This document shows, piece after piece, positions 32,651-35,482 of a DNA stretch of 35,482 nt; the first letter of the stretch is position 1; the number at the start of each line of letters is the position of its first letter. The position numbers were made by a program, and so were the translations under genes. The notes under the pieces were generated by a model. It was not told the origin of the DNA and did no database searches. It was given only the letters and a program-made list of their open reading frames with translations. The DNA is from Octopus bimaculoides (Eukaryota): contig NC_069008.1 in assembly GCF_001194135.2 (NCBI RefSeq), positions 11,970,930 through 12,006,411 of the forward strand. Reading direction: 5' to 3'.

Positions 32651-33019
32651 AACAATGTAAACAAACAATGAGAACATTTTTCACACAAAAAAGTCCACAT
32701 CATAACCACTACATCTGCACCAAAGGAACTCAGAAGTCATCGTTTAACCATGTTGGAGTGAAACAAGTATTTTAGAGTTGGATTGAGGTTATACGAATTG
32801 CTTTTAAAATATTAAATAGGGTTAGACATTTCTTTAAGCTTCCTTGTTTAGAGCAGTGGTTTGAGGAAGACCATGGCATTCTACATTATGGAGTGTGGGA
32901 AGTTATTGTTATGCATTTGATTTATGTTAGTTTGATTTTATCTTACACAGATGTGAAACCAATAGGAAAAAGTCCACCAGTAATATGCTGTGGTGAATCC
33001 ATTACAATATGTTGATTGG

Positions 33020-33385
33020 CACTCCGTCGCTTATGACGTCGAGGATTCCAGTTGATCCGATCAACGGAACAGCCTGCTCATGAAATTAACGTGCAAGTGG
33101 CTGATCACTCCACAGACACGTGTACCCTTAACGTAGTTCTCAGGAATATTCAGCGTGACACAGTGTGACAAGGCTGACCCTTTGAATAACAGGCACAACA
33201 GAAACAGGAAGTAAGAGTGAGAGAAAGTTGTGGTGAAAGAGTACAGCAGGGTTCGCCACCATCCCCTGCCGGGGCTTCGTGGAGCTTTAGTTGTTTATGC
33301 TCAATAAACACTCACAACGCCCGGTCTGGGAATCGAAACCGTGATCCTATGACCGTGAGTCCGCTGCCCTAACCACTGGGCCATT
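33020..33385 (-). mobile_element. Full-length tRNA-derived SINE
   Basis: Minus strand GGAGGCGCAATGGCCCAGTGGTTAGGGC (A box) and GGTTTCGATTCCC (B box). The body matches 13737-14043. Confidence 0.85.
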
Positions 33386-33439
33386 GCGCCTCCATCATTA
33401 CAATATATCCTGCCATAAAAAGACCTGTCATGGTGTTTA

Positions 33440-33675
33440 GATTGGTTAAGCCACATTATCCCATAAGGAGTATAAGGCCAGTTTCTCTGACAAGCATATA
33501 TTCCTCCCTGGATGGGAAGCCAATCTGTCACAGGGTTACTCATCTTTACCAGCTGGAGCAATGTGAAATGAAGTGTTTTGCTCAAGGACACAATGCATTG
33601 CTTGGTCCAGGAATCAAAACCACAATCTTACGATTATGAGCCCAACACCTGAATCACTTAGCCATGCACCTCCAA
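33440..33675 (-). mobile_element. Older tRNA-derived SINE with conserved central domain
   Basis: Minus strand GGTGCATGGCTAAGTGATTCAGG, GGTTTTGATTCC, TGTGTCCTTGAGCAAAACACTTCATTTCAC. Confidence 0.7.
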
Positions 33676-34089
33676 ATAACTTTGTTTGGGTGGAATAATT
33701 ATCAGTAGGGCAGAGAGAGGAGTCCACATCCTTATGCTCTAACTCAATACACATGTTATGAGAGGTGAATCAGCCTCACTGATTGGGTGTATGTTGTAGA
33801 GTAACTCTGTGATTGCATTTTATGGAAACTTGTTCATATTGTTACTTTCATAAAATCCAATATTATACTGCAGAAATCAATGGGTTATGAGCTAATTTAA
33901 ACTTAATTTAATTAATAAGTAAATTCGTTCATTTTTTTTAGTTGTCAGATCATTTTTGTTTATTCTTTTATTGATTTCAGTCATGGGACTGTTACCATTC
34001 TGGAGCACCCCTTGTTTATCTTTCAGATACATAAGTCTTGCTGGTATCATCAGTCACTGCAGATGGCATCAAAGACAATGAAGTCCATA

Positions 34090-34985
34090 CTACATGACTG
34101 AAAGTGCATGGAAACATATCTGTAGTATGACTGCAGCAACAAAGAGGAATGCGTGTGAGCAACCACAGTGTGTGGCATGTAGTCTTGTTAAATGGCAATG
34201 TGAACCAGGATAACTACAACGCAGTCTTTGTAATGTTCATCATGTACAATAATACAACTTTGGAGGAATTTGCTGGAATATACTCTCAAAGCTCAGCAGT
34301 TGGATTCTTTTGGACATTTTGCTGTCATAGAAATCAATGCAGTCTGTGAATTTTATGAAATCTCTCATCTCAGAGTGATACAGAAGAAGCCCCATGCTGC
34401 AGTGGAGGAATTTATAGTGTTTGTGGTTGTGGTTATTGTGTGAAACAAAGAAGTTGTCAACAACTTCTGTCTCCAACGATATCATTTCTCACCAGATAGA
34501 TGACATGGAGAGGATGTTGAGATATAGTATCGACACACGAGTTTACTATTCAGCTGGATAAATTGATGTTTCTAATTGTGCTCAGCTGATCTACTTTGCT
34601 TGCTATATTGTTGATGATCAGCTGAAGGATGAGTACTTGTTCTGCATTATTGAAACAGCCACAATACTTCATTGATATGGTATCAACTTACTTTAAATGG
34701 GAAGCTAGGAACTACCTATATTGATGGGATACCAACAATGTTTGGAGTAAATTCTGAAAGAAAAAAGCTCTTTTACTTAATGGCATGCATTGTGCCATTT
34801 ACTGTCAGAAATCTCCCTGATTTATTAAAAAATGTGGCAATTTATGTTATATGAGTAGTTGATTTTATAAAAGGTCAGGCACTAAAGACTTACTTGTTCA
34901 GTTCCATGTGAAGTATTTTGGCTCTGAATACATGAAAGTTTTTGTGTACTGAGTTGAGATGGTTGTTGTCTGGCAAGGTTTGGAA
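34090..34985 (+). mobile_element. Degenerate hAT transposase fragment (Charlie/Buster, ZBED5/8-like)
   Basis: Frameshifted motifs PQCVAC, SVSNDIISHQIDDM, FTIQLD, DVSNCAQL, DEYLFC, DGIPTMFG, TELRWL. Confidence 0.75.
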
Positions 34986-35199
34986 CTGTTATAAAATGGA
35001 CTTTTGAAATATGTCCAATTTTAATTAGATTGCAAAATTAGAAGGGTATTTTGGATAATGAATAAGAAAAACGTTGCTACTTATCCTAGTTAAAAAGGAA
35101 TATTTGATTATAATTCACTATTGATTTTTATAAACATGTTGCAATCAGTTCTGTGTAAATATTTCCTGATATCTTTTAGTATATCATGCATAAGTACAA

Positions 35200-35252
35200 T
35201 GTAGCTGTGTAGTAAGAAGCTTGCTTCTCAACCACATGGTTCTGGATTCCGT
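35200..35252 (+). mobile_element. Isolated SINE head
   Basis: GTAGCTGTGTAGTAAGAAGCTTGCTTCTCAACCACATGGTTC matches 23815-23850. Confidence 0.65.
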
Positions 35253-35416
35253 GAAGATGATCAAACTTTAAACCTCTATAACTTTTTTTGGACAAAATGA
35301 AATAACTCCAGCAATTCAGTTTGGGCAAGTGTATTATTGTGTCAACGTCGGAGTAACCAATGAACATCAAAGGATCAACACCAAGAAGGAAGAAATATTA
35401 TTTACATATATTTATT

Positions 35417-35482
<66 letters not shown>
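35417..35482. repeat. (CA)n(TA)n microsatellite
   Basis: Directly visible. Another long (TA)n run at 18522-18578 borders a gap. Confidence 0.98.

Overview
AT-rich, repeat-dense eukaryotic genomic DNA with four N gaps. It is most likely from an octopus (coleoid cephalopod). This is an inference from the effector-less CDICGKSFS-type C2H2 arrays and the abundant tRNA-derived SINEs with microsatellite tails. There are three intact host coding regions. The first is an uninterrupted 5.1-kb ORF (3873-9011, 1712 aa) built from about six tandem, divergent NHL/TRIM-like beta-propeller units behind an unrecognised N-terminal domain. The other two are head-to-head C2H2 zinc-finger genes (16172-17191 minus, 11 fingers; 24760-25788 plus, 12 fingers plus about 6 decayed fingers after the stop). 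Between them lie two direct copies of a CpG-containing promoter/first-exon-like block, and the second copy has gained two MITEs and lost a splice donor. Most of the rest is degenerate transposon sequence: two Gypsy fragments, Tx1/L1-like, CR1/Jockey-like and RTE-like LINE fragments, a Mariner, a hAT (Charlie/Buster-like) fragment, MITEs and many SINEs. A Helitron with both canonical ends is nested inside a Chapaev-like TIR element. All alignments, translations outside the ORF track and family calls were made by eye, without database searches.
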